Source: an uncultured Methanolobus sp. (GTDB lineage Archaea > Halobacteriota > Methanosarcinia > Methanosarcinales > Methanosarcinaceae). From it: 64,000 nt of DNA. Within the stretch, counting starts at the first letter, position 1; each line of letters starts with the position of its first letter. The stretch covers positions 449,562 through 513,561 of the forward strand of contig OY763421.1 in NCBI GenBank assembly GCA_963667555.1, written 5' to 3'. Of this stretch, positions 50,043-61,147 are shown piece by piece. Both the position numbers and the translations under genes were made by a program. A model generated the notes under the pieces. That model was not told the DNA's origin and ran no database searches. It saw nothing but the letters and a program-made list of their open reading frames with translations.

Positions 50043-50077
50043 ATACTTTAGTATACTCTGGTATACTACATAATACT
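50041..50077. promoter_or_regulatory. Phased operator-like repeats
   Basis: ATACT at 50043, 50053, 50063 and 50073; two are within GTATAC palindromes. Confidence 0.55.
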
Positions 50078-50130
50078 TAGCACTATAATACTCAAATTAA
50101 AAGAATGGAGGAGAATCTGTGCAGCCGTCC

Positions 50131-50149
50131 AGCCGCAGGCATCAATTCC
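50131..50149 (+). repeat. Degenerate hairpin motif
   Basis: AGCCGCAGGCATCAATTCC versus consensus CGCCGCAGGCGGCACATTCC. Confidence 0.45.
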
Positions 50150-50249
50150 CTATCTTCTGATGCAATAGTAAAACAGAACTCTGATAATATATTGTCACAT
50201 GATTCAGGCACATTATAGTTATTTAAGCAAAGAAGAACTATAATCTGTT

Positions 50250-50468
50250 ATGCGTTTTAAAGTGATCCTTGAGGAAGACGAAGAAGCAGGCGGTTATATA
50301 ATAAGTTGCTCCGGTTTACCGGGTTGTGTTTCGCAGGGTGATACCATTGAAGAAGCTCTGGATAACATAAAAGAAGCTATACAGGCATGCCTGGAATCCC
50401 TTGCAGAAGATGAACTTAATGTATGTATGACACGGCCTTCATGCAAAATTCTTGAAGTGATCGCTTAA
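50250..50468 (+). CDS. hicB: HicB-family antitoxin
   Basis: GGY...C.GLPGCVSQGDT.EEALDNIKEAI. Confidence 0.9.
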   Translation: MRFKVILEEDEEAGGYIISCSGLPGCVSQGDTIEEALDNIKEAIQACLESLAEDELNVCMTRPSCKILEVIA

Positions 50469-50692
50469 TGTCTAAATTGCCTGTGATCTCCGGGATGGAG
50501 GCAATTAAAGCTTTTTCTAAGGCGGGCTGGTATCCACACAGACAGGTTGGAAGCCATGTTGTACTTAGAAAGGAAGGTTCCAAGATCACACTGACCATCC
50601 CGAAACACAAAGAATTAAAGCCTGGTCTATTGAGACAATTGATTAAGGTTTCAGAGCTTACAGTCGATGAGTTTATCGAACTGCTGAAATAA
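50468..50692 (+). CDS. hicA: HicA-family toxin
   Basis: RQVGSHVVL..IP.HKELKPG.L; TAATG coupling with hicB. Confidence 0.9.
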   Translation: MSKLPVISGMEAIKAFSKAGWYPHRQVGSHVVLRKEGSKITLTIPKHKELKPGLLRQLIKVSELTVDEFIELLK

Positions 50693-50740
50693 GAAAGATA
50701 TCATCAGATCATTGGAATGAACTTTATGAATGCAACGATT

Positions 50741-50779
50741 CCGCCGTAGGCGGCACATTCCATAACTTCTTAAAATAGA
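50741..50779 (+). repeat. Triloop hairpin plus the first ~40 bp of repeat family B
   Basis: CCGCC-GTA-GGCGGCACATTCCATAACTTCTTAAAATAGAA versus 48042 CCGCCGCAGGCGGCGTATTGCATAACTTTGAAAATAGAA. Confidence 0.8.
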
Positions 50780-50962
50780 ATGCATTTAACTGCGTCAAGA
50801 TTTCTTAATCTTAACTACCGGTTTTAATATATCATATCTCTCGTATGAGCAGCTATTTCCACAATGGAATAAAACTGATGCTGTCCTCCTTTTTTTCAAT
50901 ATTCTCTGTAAAATTATTGGGTTAACTACTGCTATGAAATCCTAACGCAATTAATTATTATG

Positions 50963-51054
50963 ATCTGTTAATATCTATTAAACTAATAATTACAACAAAA
51001 ATAACAGAGCATCTAAACTATTAGTATCTGTTAAAATCTATTAAACTAATAATT
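50963..51054 (+). repeat. 29-bp direct repeat pair upstream of the Fic gene
   Basis: ATCTGTTAA(T/A)ATCTATTAAACTAATAATT at 50963 and 51026, one mismatch, 63 bp apart. Confidence 0.85.
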
Positions 51055-51083
51055 GAAATAATAAGAAGCTATTAAATGATAAC

Positions 51084-52391
51084 ATGAAAAAATTATCTAA
51101 AACTCCTATACTACCACCTGAAGAAAGAGAAGAACCACTCAAATATTTTCATGATTCTGACGTCATCAAGCTCGTTACTGAATACAATGAAAGATATTTA
51201 CATTGGGAAGAAGTTGAAAAAAGAAAAGATCAACTTCCAATTAAACCCCTATATTTTTGGCATCTGGTGAAATTTTTTAGATCCATGAAATATGAGCCAT
51301 CCATTAACTTTGGAAAATATACCTTTACATATACGATGCTCCGGGATTTCCAGGAAAAATTGCATATTCTTGACAAAAGTGCAGCGGGAAATTTACAAAG
51401 CACGCTAGAAGCAATATCAGACACTCGTGAGAAGTACATATTAAACTCCCTCATGGAAGAAGCCATTGCATCGAGTCAAATTGAGGGAGCAACACCATCC
51501 CGTAGGGTTGCCAAGGAGATGCTAAGGAAAAATCGAAAACCTACCAATAAAGACGAAAAAATGATCATAAACAATTATAACACCATGAAATATGTTTTAG
51601 AAATAAAAAACAAGGAAATGACTTCTGATCTTCTACTTGAGATACAAAAGAGGATGACCCTTGGCACTTTAGAAGAATCCGAAGATGAAGGCATTTTCAG
51701 AGATAACGACGAGATAATGGTTTTTGATAACGATGGTGAAATCTTACACATACCTCCTAAAAAAGATGAAGTTCCTGAACTAGTACACGAATTATGTAAA
51801 TTTGCAAATGATGATAGCAGTAAGTTCATCCACCCTATAATTAAAGGGATTTTTCTTCATTATTTACTTAACTATATTCATCCGTTCAATGACGGAAATG
51901 GCCGCACTGGCAGGAGCTTGTTTTATTGGTATGTTCTAAAACAAGATTACTGGCTTTTTGAATATATGTCAGTCTCACGTCTAATATACAAAAAAAGAAG
52001 GCAGTACAAGTTAGCATACCAGTACACTGAATCGGATTATGTATTTAACAAGGATGAAGAGATAGGTGACCTTACATACTTTATAAAATTTAATTTAGAT
52101 GCAATAATGGAATCATTGCATGAGATCCAGGAGTATTTGGCTAACAAGCAAAAAGAACAGTACATATCATTAAAAAACATTAAAGAATCAGATAAACTTA
52201 ATAATAGGCAAAGGGACATATTAAAAGAATTCACAAAATACCCACATAAAACAATAACTATCAAGGAAGTCGAAAGCACACAAGGTGTGTCTTATGCAAC
52301 AGCAAGACAGGATCTATATTCTCTTGAAGAATTGGGTTATCTTCAAAGAAAAAAATTAGGAAAAGAATTTGTATTTATTGTATTGAAATAA
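51084..52391 (+). CDS. Fic/DOC-family protein with C-terminal HTH
   Basis: HPFNDGNGRTGR catalytic motif; SSQIEG inhibitory-type motif; wHTH-like tail ATARQDL..L. Confidence 0.92.
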   Translation: MKKLSKTPILPPEEREEPLKYFHDSDVIKLVTEYNERYLHWEEVEKRKDQLPIKPLYFWHLVKFFRSMKYEPSINFGKYTFTYTMLRDFQEKLHILDKSAAGNLQSTLEAISDTREKYILNSLMEEAIASSQIEGATPSRRVAKEMLRKNRKPTNKDEKMIINNYNTMKYVLEIKNKEMTSDLLLEIQKRMTLGTLEESEDEGIFRDNDEIMVFDNDGEILHIPPKKDEVPELVHELCKFANDDSSKFIHPIIKGIFLHYLLNYIHPFNDGNGRTGRSLFYWYVLKQDYWLFEYMSVSRLIYKKRRQYKLAYQYTESDYVFNKDEEIGDLTYFIKFNLDAIMESLHEIQEYLANKQKEQYISLKNIKESDKLNNRQRDILKEFTKYPHKTITIKEVESTQGVSYATARQDLYSLEELGYLQRKKLGKEFVFIVLK

Positions 52392-52430
52392 ATGGACTGA
52401 GCTTATTCATAAATACTTAGTCACTTCAGT

Positions 52431-52750
52431 TTCTATGAATGACCAACAGTTGGATTAGGTTACTTGGAATCATCCCGCCTCAGGCGGTGTATTCAATAAT
52501 TTCGAAAAAAGAATAGGAACAAGCAGTTACATTATTATTTAGATTAAAATGACCTTATTTTTTTCATTATGGCTGATTTTTCCTGCTCTATTCCTGATTA
52601 GCATCTATTATTCTGTGATTGTCTCAATGTATTATCAAAATAAGAATGAGCCTGATCCCCTACCCGATGAAATCGGTTTCCAACCTTATCTTATGTGTCA
52701 TTCTGACACTTCAAACATTGTATGATACACATAGTATTCCGAAAACCTCT
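52431..52750 (+). repeat. Repeat family B, copy 2
   Basis: CCGCC-TCA-GGCGG at 52475; ends ATTCCGAAAACCTCT. Confidence 0.9.
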
Positions 52751-52796
52751 GGTAATTCATCCCAGGATTACTGAAAGTTTCAGATAACCAAATCTC

Positions 52797-54059
52797 TCAC
52801 CTAAGCAGCCACTTCCACAGCGGAACGAACCTAATACCATCTTCCTCTTTTTCAATGTCTTCAGTCAGCAGAATAAGCTCCGCATCATTCAGTTTGCTAA
52901 ACTCATAAAGACCTTCAGTTTCCCTGGGGTTGATGTCATTAGTATATGAGACATTTATGGCTTGCAGTTTGCCATCATTACTGCTGGCAATAAAATCAAC
53001 TTCCTTTTTCCCTTTCCAGTAAAAAACATCGTAGTTCCTTCTCTTAAGTTCAATGAAAGTTATGTTCTCAGCCAGTCGTCCTGTATCCTTTGAGAACTGG
53101 AATGCCACAGCTCCCCGAAGTCCCTGGTCTATACAGTATATCTTGCGTGGATTTACCTGCCGACTCTTGAGGGAATGGCTGAAGAAAGGAACCTGCCAGA
53201 TAAGTCCGATGTCCTCCAGGTGCGAAACATACTCAGCAACTGTTTCCTTGCTAACCTGTGTATTCTCCTTCACCGCCTTATAGTATGAATTAACACTGAA
53301 AAGATTGCTGATATTGGTAAGCAGATAGGAAGCAAGACCTTTCAAAAGACTGATATTCCTTATAGAGAACCTTTCCACAAGATCCCTGTAAATGAACATC
53401 TCATAATAGTTCTTGAGTATGCTCTGACGCAATGTCTCATTTTCCAGTGCTATCTCCGGAAAACCTCCCCATTGTATATATTCGCTGAACATCTTCTTGA
53501 CAACATACCTTTTTTTTCCATATTCCCAGTCTTTCTCAAGATCTATGCCTTTAAAATGAAGGTATTCCCTGAAACCAAGCGGATAAAGATAAAATGGAAT
53601 AGTTCTTCCACGAAGACTTGTCGCGATCTCCTTGCTCAGCAATTTTGAACTCGATCCCGTCACAAATATGTGTGTATCAGTTGTATCATTGAGTCTTCTT
53701 ACAAATATCTCCCAGCCAGCAATATTCTGTATCTCATCAAAAAAGAAATAGAGAGTTTTATCCGTATTTTCCGGATAAAGTTCAAAGTAGGCCTCAATAA
53801 TGATATTAAGGTCTCCAGGTTCAAGAGGCATGATCCTGTCATCTTCAAAATTAATATAAAGGACCTGTGAAACATCTGCATTATTTCTGATGTCTTTCAT
53901 CAGTTCATATAAATAGAATGTTTTCCCGCTTCTCCTTGATCCTATAAGGCTTACTATCTTCCTGGTATCAGCTATCTTCAATTCACGGCTGTAAGTTTCA
54001 GGAAGCTCTTTTTCATGAAATTCTTTAATGATCTGTTTGAAAGCTGTCTTTGTATCCAC
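52797..54059 (-). CDS. AAA_14-type ATPase with DUF4143-like C-terminal domain
   Basis: GSRRSGKT, INFED, FFDEIQ, VTGSSS, LRGR, WGGFPE, KIYCID.G, EVDF. Confidence 0.9.
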   Translation of the reverse strand: MDTKTAFKQIIKEFHEKELPETYSRELKIADTRKIVSLIGSRRSGKTFYLYELMKDIRNNADVSQVLYINFEDDRIMPLEPGDLNIIIEAYFELYPENTDKTLYFFFDEIQNIAGWEIFVRRLNDTTDTHIFVTGSSSKLLSKEIATSLRGRTIPFYLYPLGFREYLHFKGIDLEKDWEYGKKRYVVKKMFSEYIQWGGFPEIALENETLRQSILKNYYEMFIYRDLVERFSIRNISLLKGLASYLLTNISNLFSVNSYYKAVKENTQVSKETVAEYVSHLEDIGLIWQVPFFSHSLKSRQVNPRKIYCIDQGLRGAVAFQFSKDTGRLAENITFIELKRRNYDVFYWKGKKEVDFIASSNDGKLQAINVSYTNDINPRETEGLYEFSKLNDAELILLTEDIEKEEDGIRFVPLWKWLLR

Positions 54060-54139
54060 TATGTACTTTTATGAAAGGCTAACTATTTGATAATTTGGTC
54101 TTATATGAAAGACAACTTTGAAGTGAGTAACAAACTCTA

Positions 54140-54351
54140 CGTCTCAAGCGGCACATTCCAATCCCTGCACAGAGAAAATTGCATTCATGCCAGAGAATTC
54201 TACAGAAGGCACGCAAAGAAAGTATTCCACTGCAACATGTCATTATTTTGTACTTTTTTGTGGTAAAGCGCCGGCTTCGCCGGACCCTTCGGGATCATTC
54301 AAGTTATTCGTAATCTGCAAGAAATCATAACGGCATGATTTCTACAAAGCC
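54140..54351 (+). mobile_element. Repeat family A (MITE-like), copy 4, left part lost
   Basis: Closely matches the reverse complement of 26875-27090; right TIR CATGATTTCTACAAAGCC at 54334-54351; first hairpin eroded. Confidence 0.8.
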
Positions 54352-54406
54352 CAAAAAACAGTAAAAAAGAGAGTATGTATGCCTCTATCGGCACACATCA
54401 GTAAAA

Positions 54407-55588
54407 TTACTTCTCAACAACTTTCTTGTACATCCTTGCCTGGAAGCCATGGTACTTTGCAAAGCCCTCGGCATCCTTCTGGTTGATGGTTGCACTGTCA
54501 AAGGACACGAGGTCTTCTGAGTAGAGTGCATACGGGGATGTACGTGCGAGAATGATCACACTGCCCTTGTGCAGTTTTACGGTCACAGTACCGGTAACAC
54601 GTTCCTGTGTTTTGTTGATGAAAGCATTGAGGTCAGCGTAAAGTGGCTCGTCAACAAGACCGTAGTAGGCAAGTTCTGACCACTGCTCATCTACGCCTTT
54701 CTTGAACTTCAGCTCTGCCCTTGTGAGTACAAGCTTCTCAAGGTCCTTGTGGGCTGCAAGAAGTACTGTGGCTGCAGGGTGCTCGTAGTTCTCACGGGCT
54801 TTAAGTCCGAGAACACGGTCCTCGATCATGTCAGTTCTGCCAACACCGTGGGAACCTGCTATCTCGTTGAGTTTGATGATAAGGTCAACACCGTTCATCT
54901 TCTCGCCGTCAAGTGAAACCGGGACACCGTTCTCAAAGCCAATCACAAGTTTCTGGCCTTCAGGAGCAGATTCAGGGGAAACAGTCCACTGGTAGATCTC
55001 CTCAGGTGGAATAAATCCAGGGTCTTCCAGTTTGCCACCTTCGATACTGCGGCTCCATATGTTCTCATCAACACTCCATGGCTTTGCAGTTGTAACACTT
55101 ACTGGTATGCCGTGTTTCTTAGCATACTCGATCTCCCATTCACGGGTGAGGTTCATGTCCCTCATTGGTGCAATGACATCCATGTCAGTGAGGCGGAAAA
55201 CTGCCTCAAAACGAAGCTGGTCGTTACCCTTTCCTGTACAACCGTGAGCAAGTGCAGAAGCGCCTTCCTGCTCTGCGATCTCAACGACCTTCCTGGCGAT
55301 AAGCGGACGTGCAATGGATGTTCCCATTACATATCCTTCATAGTCACCGTTGGCCTTGATAAGCGGGAAGATGTAGTCGTTCACAAACTCCTCACGAACA
55401 TCAAGTGTGAAGTGCTTGTTGCTGATCTTCTGTGCTTTCTCTGTAGCCTGTTTGACATCTGCTTCAGGCTGTCCCACGTCAACAGCAACTGTAACTACTT
55501 CATCGTAGCCGTATTCCTCTTTGAGCAGCGGGATGCACACTGAAGTGTCAAGCCCGCCTGAATAAGCAAGTACTACTTTCTTTGTCAT
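54407..55588 (-). CDS. argG: Argininosuccinate synthase
   Basis: [29 protein letters not shown]; start ATG 55588. Confidence 0.97.
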   Translation of the reverse strand: MTKKVVLAYSGGLDTSVCIPLLKEEYGYDEVVTVAVDVGQPEADVKQATEKAQKISNKHFTLDVREEFVNDYIFPLIKANGDYEGYVMGTSIARPLIARKVVEIAEQEGASALAHGCTGKGNDQLRFEAVFRLTDMDVIAPMRDMNLTREWEIEYAKKHGIPVSVTTAKPWSVDENIWSRSIEGGKLEDPGFIPPEEIYQWTVSPESAPEGQKLVIGFENGVPVSLDGEKMNGVDLIIKLNEIAGSHGVGRTDMIEDRVLGLKARENYEHPAATVLLAAHKDLEKLVLTRAELKFKKGVDEQWSELAYYGLVDEPLYADLNAFINKTQERVTGTVTVKLHKGSVIILARTSPYALYSEDLVSFDSATINQKDAEGFAKYHGFQARMYKKVVEK

Positions 55589-55628
55589 AATGATCTGATC
55601 CTGAAAATTAATAAAGGAATCAGGAGAC

Positions 55629-58600
55629 TTAAGCCATCTCCCTGTGATATTCATTGATAGATTTTACTTCGCCCTCACCCTGCTTCATTGCAACGATCGC
55701 ATCTGCTGCTGCCATTGCTGCCTGGATGGTAGTGATGTAAGGCATCTTAAAGTCAACTGCTGCACGGCGGATCCTTGAACCGTCCTCGCGCGAGAGCTTG
55801 TCTTCCGGTGTGTTGATTACCAGTGCAACCTCGTATCTGCGCATCATGTCAATAACATTCGGGCTGCCGTCATGCACCTTCTTGACCATTCCCATCTCGA
55901 TTCCATGTTCTGAGAGGAAATCTGCAGTGCCTTTTGTACCAATAAGCTCTATGCCCACGCTAACAAGTTTCTGTGCAACATTCAGGAGTTCTTCCCTGTC
56001 CTCATCCTTCACGGACAAAAAGACCTTTCCTGTAAGTGGCAGAAGATTGTCAGCACTAAGCTGTGCCTTGAAGAATGCCCTTCCGTAATCGGAGTCCACA
56101 CCCATTACCTCTCCGGTACTCTTCATTTCCGGGCCGAGAAGCGGGTCTGCTCCAGGGAGCTTGTCAAATGGCAGGAGAACTTCCTTTACAGAAACATGAT
56201 CGACCTTTGGTTCATTACATGTTGAGTATCCCTGCTCTTCAAGTGTCTGTCCAATGATCACACGGGCTGCGATCTTTGCCATTGGCAGTCCGACAGCCTT
56301 GGATACGAATGGAATTGTCCTGCTTGAACGTGGGTTCGCTTCAAGGACGTATATCTTGTCGCCTTTCTGTGCCATTTGTATGTTCACAAGACCCTTTACA
56401 TTAAGCGCAAGTGCGATCTTGCGGGTATAATCACGCACGGTTTCGAGTACTTCCTCTGAAAGTGTCTGCGGTGGGATTACACATGCAGAGTCACCTGAGT
56501 GAACACCTGCTTCCTCGATGTGCTCCATGATAGCACCAATAAGTACATCCTTTCCGTCACATACCGCATCAACATCGATCTCAACCGCTCCCTCAAGGAA
56601 GTCGTCAATGAGGATAGGATGTTCCGGTGAAACCTTTACAGCCTCACGCATATATCTCTCAAGATCGGTCTGGTCGTAGACTATCTCCATTGCACGTCCA
56701 CCGAGAACGTATGAAGGACGTACAAGTACAGGGTAACCGATCCTTGTGGCGATCTCAATAGCCTGGTCCTTAGAGGTTGCATAACCTGCATCCGGCTGGT
56801 TTATTCCAAGCTTGCTCATCCTGAGGTTGAACTTCTCACGGTCCTCTGCAACATCGATATCTTCAGGTGATGTTCCAAGGATCACGGTCTTAAGGTCACT
56901 GCGCCTCTTAAGTTCCCTTTCAAGCGGGAGTGCAAGGTTAACTGAGGTCTGTCCTCCGAACTGCACAAGCACTGCATCAGGATTCTCCTTCTCTATGACA
57001 TTCATCACATCTTCAAGTGTGAGTGGCTCAAAGAAGAGCTTATCTGATGTATCGTAGTCAGTGGATACGGTCTCAGGATTGTTGTTGATAATGTGAGCCT
57101 CGATTCCGGCCTCACGAATTGCAGCTACTGCATGTACTGTACAGTAGTCGAACTCGATTCCCTGTCCGATACGTATAGGGCCGGAACCAAGGATGAGTAT
57201 CTTCTTGCGGTCAGATGGTTCAGCTTCACACATCTGCTCGTAGCATGAGTAATAATATGGAGTTTCTGCAGCGAACTCTGCTGCACAGGTATCTACCATC
57301 TTATAGGTGGAAGTGATGCCTGCTGCACGCCTCTGGTCATTGATTCCCTCACGGGTCTTGCCTGTAAGTTCTGCAATGCGTGCATCAGTAAGTCCAGTTT
57401 GCTTTGCTTCACGTAAAAGCTCATCAGACACTGCTCCGGAGAATCCTTCCTCCCTGACCATGTCTTCCATGTCGATGATATTCTTGAGCTTCCTTATGAA
57501 GAAGATGTCAATTCCGGTTAGACTGGAAACTTCCTCAATGGAGAAACCATTGCAAAGAGCATGGTACATTACAAAGAGACGTTCACTTGTAGGTGTTTTT
57601 AGCAACATCCTGGTTTCGCTCTCAGTCCACTCATCTGTGCCGAAGTCCATTTTGATATCAAGGGAACGTACTGCCTTCAGGAGTGATTCCTCAATAGTGC
57701 GTCCGATTGCCATTACCTCTCCGGTACTCTTCATGGCTGTTGTCAGTGTTTTGTCAGCATTGACGAACTTGTCAAATGGCCACCTTGGGATCTTGGTAAC
57801 GATGTAGTCGATCGTAGGCTCGAATGATGCCGGTGTCTTCTTTGTTACATCGTTAAGGATCTCATCAAGTGTCATTCCGATAGCGATCTTTGCTGTAACC
57901 CTGGCAATTGGATAACCTGTTGCCTTTGACGCAAGGGCTGATGAACGTGAAACACGTGGATTTACTTCAACAATGCGATATTCTCCGTCCTTTGCGGCGA
58001 ACTGGATGTTACATCCACCTTCAATACCGAATGTCCTGATGATCTTGATAGCTGCGGTCCTGAGCATCTGGTGCTCTTCATCGTTGAGGGTCTGTGATGG
58101 TGTAACTACAATGGATTCACCTGTGTGAACACCCATAGGGTCAAGGTTTTCCATGTTACATATTACTATACAGGTGTCATTTGCATCACGCATGACCTCA
58201 TACTCGAATTCCTTCCAGCCCAGTACACTTTCTTCAATAAGAACCTGGCTGATACGGCTTCGGCGAAGTCCCCTTTCTGTGATCTCAAGGAGTTCTTCTT
58301 TTGAATGTGCAATTCCACCACCAGCACCACCGAGTGTGTATGCCGGGCGGATGATAAGTGGTAAACCGAGCTCGTCAATAAGCTCCTCTGCTTCCTTAAG
58401 AGTAGAAATTGCCCTGCTGCGTGGGACTTTCTCACCAATCTTTTCCATGGTCTGCTTGAACAGTTCACGGTCCTCGGTGTTCTTGATGGCTTCGAGGTTA
58501 GTTCCAAGAAGTTTTACGCCATATTTGTCAAGAATTCCAGCTTCAGCAAGCTCACTGGTAATGTTAAGACCAGTCTGACCACCGATACCTGCAATGATAC

Positions 58601-58853
58601 CGTCCGGTTTTTCCTTGGCTATGATCCTCTCTACTGCCTTTACTTCGATAGGCTCAATGTAGACAGCATCTGCCATCTCAGGATCGGTCATAATGGTTGC
58701 CGGATTTGAGTTCACAAGCACTACTTCCAGTCCCTCTTCCTTAAGAGACCTGCATGCCTGACTTCCGGAGAAGTCGAACTCTGCTCCCTGTCCGATCATA
58801 ATAGGTCCGGAACCTATCAGGAGTACTTTTTTAATGTCGCTGCGTTTTGGCAT
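55629..58853 (-). CDS. carB: Carbamoyl-phosphate synthase large subunit
   Basis: [20 protein letters not shown] duplicated, HTGES/HSGDS, MGS-like tail. Confidence 0.98.
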   Translation of the reverse strand: MPKRSDIKKVLLIGSGPIMIGQGAEFDFSGSQACRSLKEEGLEVVLVNSNPATIMTDPEMADAVYIEPIEVKAVERIIAKEKPDGIIAGIGGQTGLNITSELAEAGILDKYGVKLLGTNLEAIKNTEDRELFKQTMEKIGEKVPRSRAISTLKEAEELIDELGLPLIIRPAYTLGGAGGGIAHSKEELLEITERGLRRSRISQVLIEESVLGWKEFEYEVMRDANDTCIVICNMENLDPMGVHTGESIVVTPSQTLNDEEHQMLRTAAIKIIRTFGIEGGCNIQFAAKDGEYRIVEVNPRVSRSSALASKATGYPIARVTAKIAIGMTLDEILNDVTKKTPASFEPTIDYIVTKIPRWPFDKFVNADKTLTTAMKSTGEVMAIGRTIEESLLKAVRSLDIKMDFGTDEWTESETRMLLKTPTSERLFVMYHALCNGFSIEEVSSLTGIDIFFIRKLKNIIDMEDMVREEGFSGAVSDELLREAKQTGLTDARIAELTGKTREGINDQRRAAGITSTYKMVDTCAAEFAAETPYYYSCYEQMCEAEPSDRKKILILGSGPIRIGQGIEFDYCTVHAVAAIREAGIEAHIINNNPETVSTDYDTSDKLFFEPLTLEDVMNVIEKENPDAVLVQFGGQTSVNLALPLERELKRRSDLKTVILGTSPEDIDVAEDREKFNLRMSKLGINQPDAGYATSKDQAIEIATRIGYPVLVRPSYVLGGRAMEIVYDQTDLERYMREAVKVSPEHPILIDDFLEGAVEIDVDAVCDGKDVLIGAIMEHIEEAGVHSGDSACVIPPQTLSEEVLETVRDYTRKIALALNVKGLVNIQMAQKGDKIYVLEANPRSSRTIPFVSKAVGLPMAKIAARVIIGQTLEEQGYSTCNEPKVDHVSVKEVLLPFDKLPGADPLLGPEMKSTGEVMGVDSDYGRAFFKAQLSADNLLPLTGKVFLSVKDEDREELLNVAQKLVSVGIELIGTKGTADFLSEHGIEMGMVKKVHDGSPNVIDMMRRYEVALVINTPEDKLSREDGSRIRRAAVDFKMPYITTIQAAMAAADAIVAMKQGEGEVKSINEYHREMA

Positions 58854-59950
58854 TATTTCTTGCCCCCTGCAAGTTTGAGAACCTTACTAAAGAACAGGTT
58901 CTCGGTATCCATTGGACCCGGGTGTGCATCAGGGTGGTACTGCACGCTGAACATGTCCAGATACTTGTGTGCTATACCTTCCACTGTCTTATCATTGGTA
59001 TTGTACTGTGTCACTGTCACTTCAGACTCTTCCAGGGTGTCTGCATCTACTGCAAAACCGTGGTTTTGGGAAGTGATGTGAACTATTCCTGTCTCAAGGT
59101 CCTTTACAGGCTGGTTTGCTCCCCTGTGGCCGAACTTAAGTTTGTATGTCTCAGCTCCCATTGCAAGGGACATGATCTGGTGACCCAGACAAATTCCTAC
59201 AATTGGAAGCTCTCCTGTGAAGTGTTTCACTGCTGCAATTGCGTCCTGTGCCTGCATCGGGTCTCCCGGACCGTTTGAGAGGAACAATAGGTCAGGATCA
59301 TAGGACTCTATTGTTGAAATGGATGAGTTTCCAGGTACTACAGTTACATCCATACCCCTTGCCAGCAGACTCCTTTCAATACTGAGCTTACGACCACAGT
59401 CAACAAGTACCACATTCAATGGGTTGTTAGGGTCCCTGCATGGGCTTTCCAGCCTGAAAGGCTTCGGACAGCTTACCTGTGAAATAAAATCAATATCAGA
59501 AATGCTCTTTTGTGCACGGGCAATTCTTACTGCCTCCTCACCGTCATCACTGCCATTGATGAGGGCTGCACGCATAGTTCCATGTTCTCGTGTTTTGATT
59601 GTCAGCATACGTGTGTCCACGCCTGCGATACCGGGCTTGCCTTCTTCCTCCATAAGCTGATAGATAGTCTTCTTTCCTAAGTGGTGAGACGGCTTGGGAC
59701 ATGCCTCCCTGACCACAAGACCTTCAGCCTTGACTGCATCGGATTCCATACAGTTGCCACTGACACCGTAATTGCCGATGAGAGGATAAGTGAACATAAG
59801 GATCTGGCCTTTATATGAAGGGTCTGTGAGAGCCTCCTCATAGCCAGTATATTGAGTTGTGAAAACAAGTTCGCCGGAAACGATACCTTCAGCACCGAAA
59901 CCAGTGCCTTTTATAATTGTCCCATCTTCTAATCCTAGTACTGCATTCAT
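58853..59950 (-). CDS. carA: Carbamoyl-phosphate synthase small subunit
   Basis: [37 protein letters not shown]. Confidence 0.97.
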   Translation of the reverse strand: MNAVLGLEDGTIIKGTGFGAEGIVSGELVFTTQYTGYEEALTDPSYKGQILMFTYPLIGNYGVSGNCMESDAVKAEGLVVREACPKPSHHLGKKTIYQLMEEEGKPGIAGVDTRMLTIKTREHGTMRAALINGSDDGEEAVRIARAQKSISDIDFISQVSCPKPFRLESPCRDPNNPLNVVLVDCGRKLSIERSLLARGMDVTVVPGNSSISTIESYDPDLLFLSNGPGDPMQAQDAIAAVKHFTGELPIVGICLGHQIMSLAMGAETYKLKFGHRGANQPVKDLETGIVHITSQNHGFAVDADTLEESEVTVTQYNTNDKTVEGIAHKYLDMFSVQYHPDAHPGPMDTENLFFSKVLKLAGGKK

Positions 59951-60043
59951 CTTTTGAACCTGCGAATACATGTAAGGAATAGGCTATAAGCGTTGCGATG
60001 GCATCTCCAGTTTTTAGAGAGAGTGAAGCCCTACTGTTAAAGA

Positions 60044-61147
60044 TTATGAGATCTTACGCAGGAAAGTTCCCACAATTAGAACCACAAACAGGAATGAACC
60101 CAAAAGAACTATACCTATGAACTCTCTGGGCTTGTTTGCCGCATAGTCACGCAGTTTAATGACATACTCATTATTGATTACCTGTTCACTGACCTCAGAA
60201 GTTTCTTCAACATTCTCAAGCTCGATACTACCTTCCTTAACGGTCATGACCCATATGTTGAACTCTCCATCCTTGTTGGAAGTATAGGCGATCTTCTTGC
60301 CATCGGGGCTCCATGAAGGTGATTTCTCATCTGAAAGGTCACTGGTAAGCTTGATATGTGAACTGCCATCGGCACTTAATATCCACAGGTCATAATCTCC
60401 GCCTACATTGGATGCATAGGCAATGGAGTTTCCATCAGGGCTGTAAGATGGTTCTATATTATTATATGTATCACTGGTAAGTTGCACAGGTCTGAAAGCA
60501 TTAACACCAATGGTAAAAATGTCCCCCATTGATGAATAAACAATAGTGTTCCCGTCCGGACTCCATGCAGGAGAATTTTCATCCCCTGTGGCATCGGTAA
60601 GTCTTTTCTTGTCTGTCCCGTCAGGTGACATTACCCATATGTCATAGTTTCCGGAAACACGTGACGAATATGCCACAAGATTACCGTCCGGGCTTACAGC
60701 AGGGTTTCTGGAATCAGCGGTCTCTGTCAGTTTTACTCCATCACTGCCGTCAATGTTCATTACATGAATACTGATGTAGCGTGCAGAAAATGCCTTTTTG
60801 CTCTCGGCTGCAAAATATATCTTAGAACCATCTTCACTAAAAGCCGGTTCTCCATCCCATGCCATGCCGTCATAAAGTTTCTTCTGTCCGGAACCATCGT
60901 TGTTCATTATCCATATAGCCTGATTGGCTGCATACACAATTTTCGTGCCGTCAGGGCTCCATGAAGGATGGTTGGCATTAGTTGTATTTGTGAGTTTTAC
61001 ATCACTTTCAATGACAGGAGCTGCAGATACGTATGAGATTAATAAAATCAAAAAAGTGAGCAGGAAAAATATTCTGCTTTTCCTGCGTGTTAATTCCCTT
61101 GACTGAATAGTAAAAAGCGGCCACATCAAAAATATATTATGCAGCAA
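60044..61147 (-). CDS. TolB-like PD40 beta-propeller protein with signal peptide and C-terminal TM anchor
   Basis: Repeated P.WSPDG..I.Y motifs. Confidence 0.85.
   Translation of the reverse strand: MLHNIFLMWPLFTIQSRELTRRKSRIFFLLTFLILLISYVSAAPVIESDVKLTNTTNANHPSWSPDGTKIVYAANQAIWIMNNDGSGQKKLYDGMAWDGEPAFSEDGSKIYFAAESKKAFSARYISIHVMNIDGSDGVKLTETADSRNPAVSPDGNLVAYSSRVSGNYDIWVMSPDGTDKKRLTDATGDENSPAWSPDGNTIVYSSMGDIFTIGVNAFRPVQLTSDTYNNIEPSYSPDGNSIAYASNVGGDYDLWILSADGSSHIKLTSDLSDEKSPSWSPDGKKIAYTSNKDGEFNIWVMTVKEGSIELENVEETSEVSEQVINNEYVIKLRDYAANKPREFIGIVLLGSFLFVVLIVGTFLRKIS

Noticed and set aside
47999-54351. CRISPR array
   Set aside because: Repeats are separated by 0.6-1.7 kb of genes, not by 30-45 bp spacers, and no cas genes are present
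47999-54351. Classical integron with attC sites
   Set aside because: I could not find paired RYYYAAC/GTTRRRY boxes around the hairpins, no integrase is in the window, and cargo orientation is mixed; kept only as an analogy
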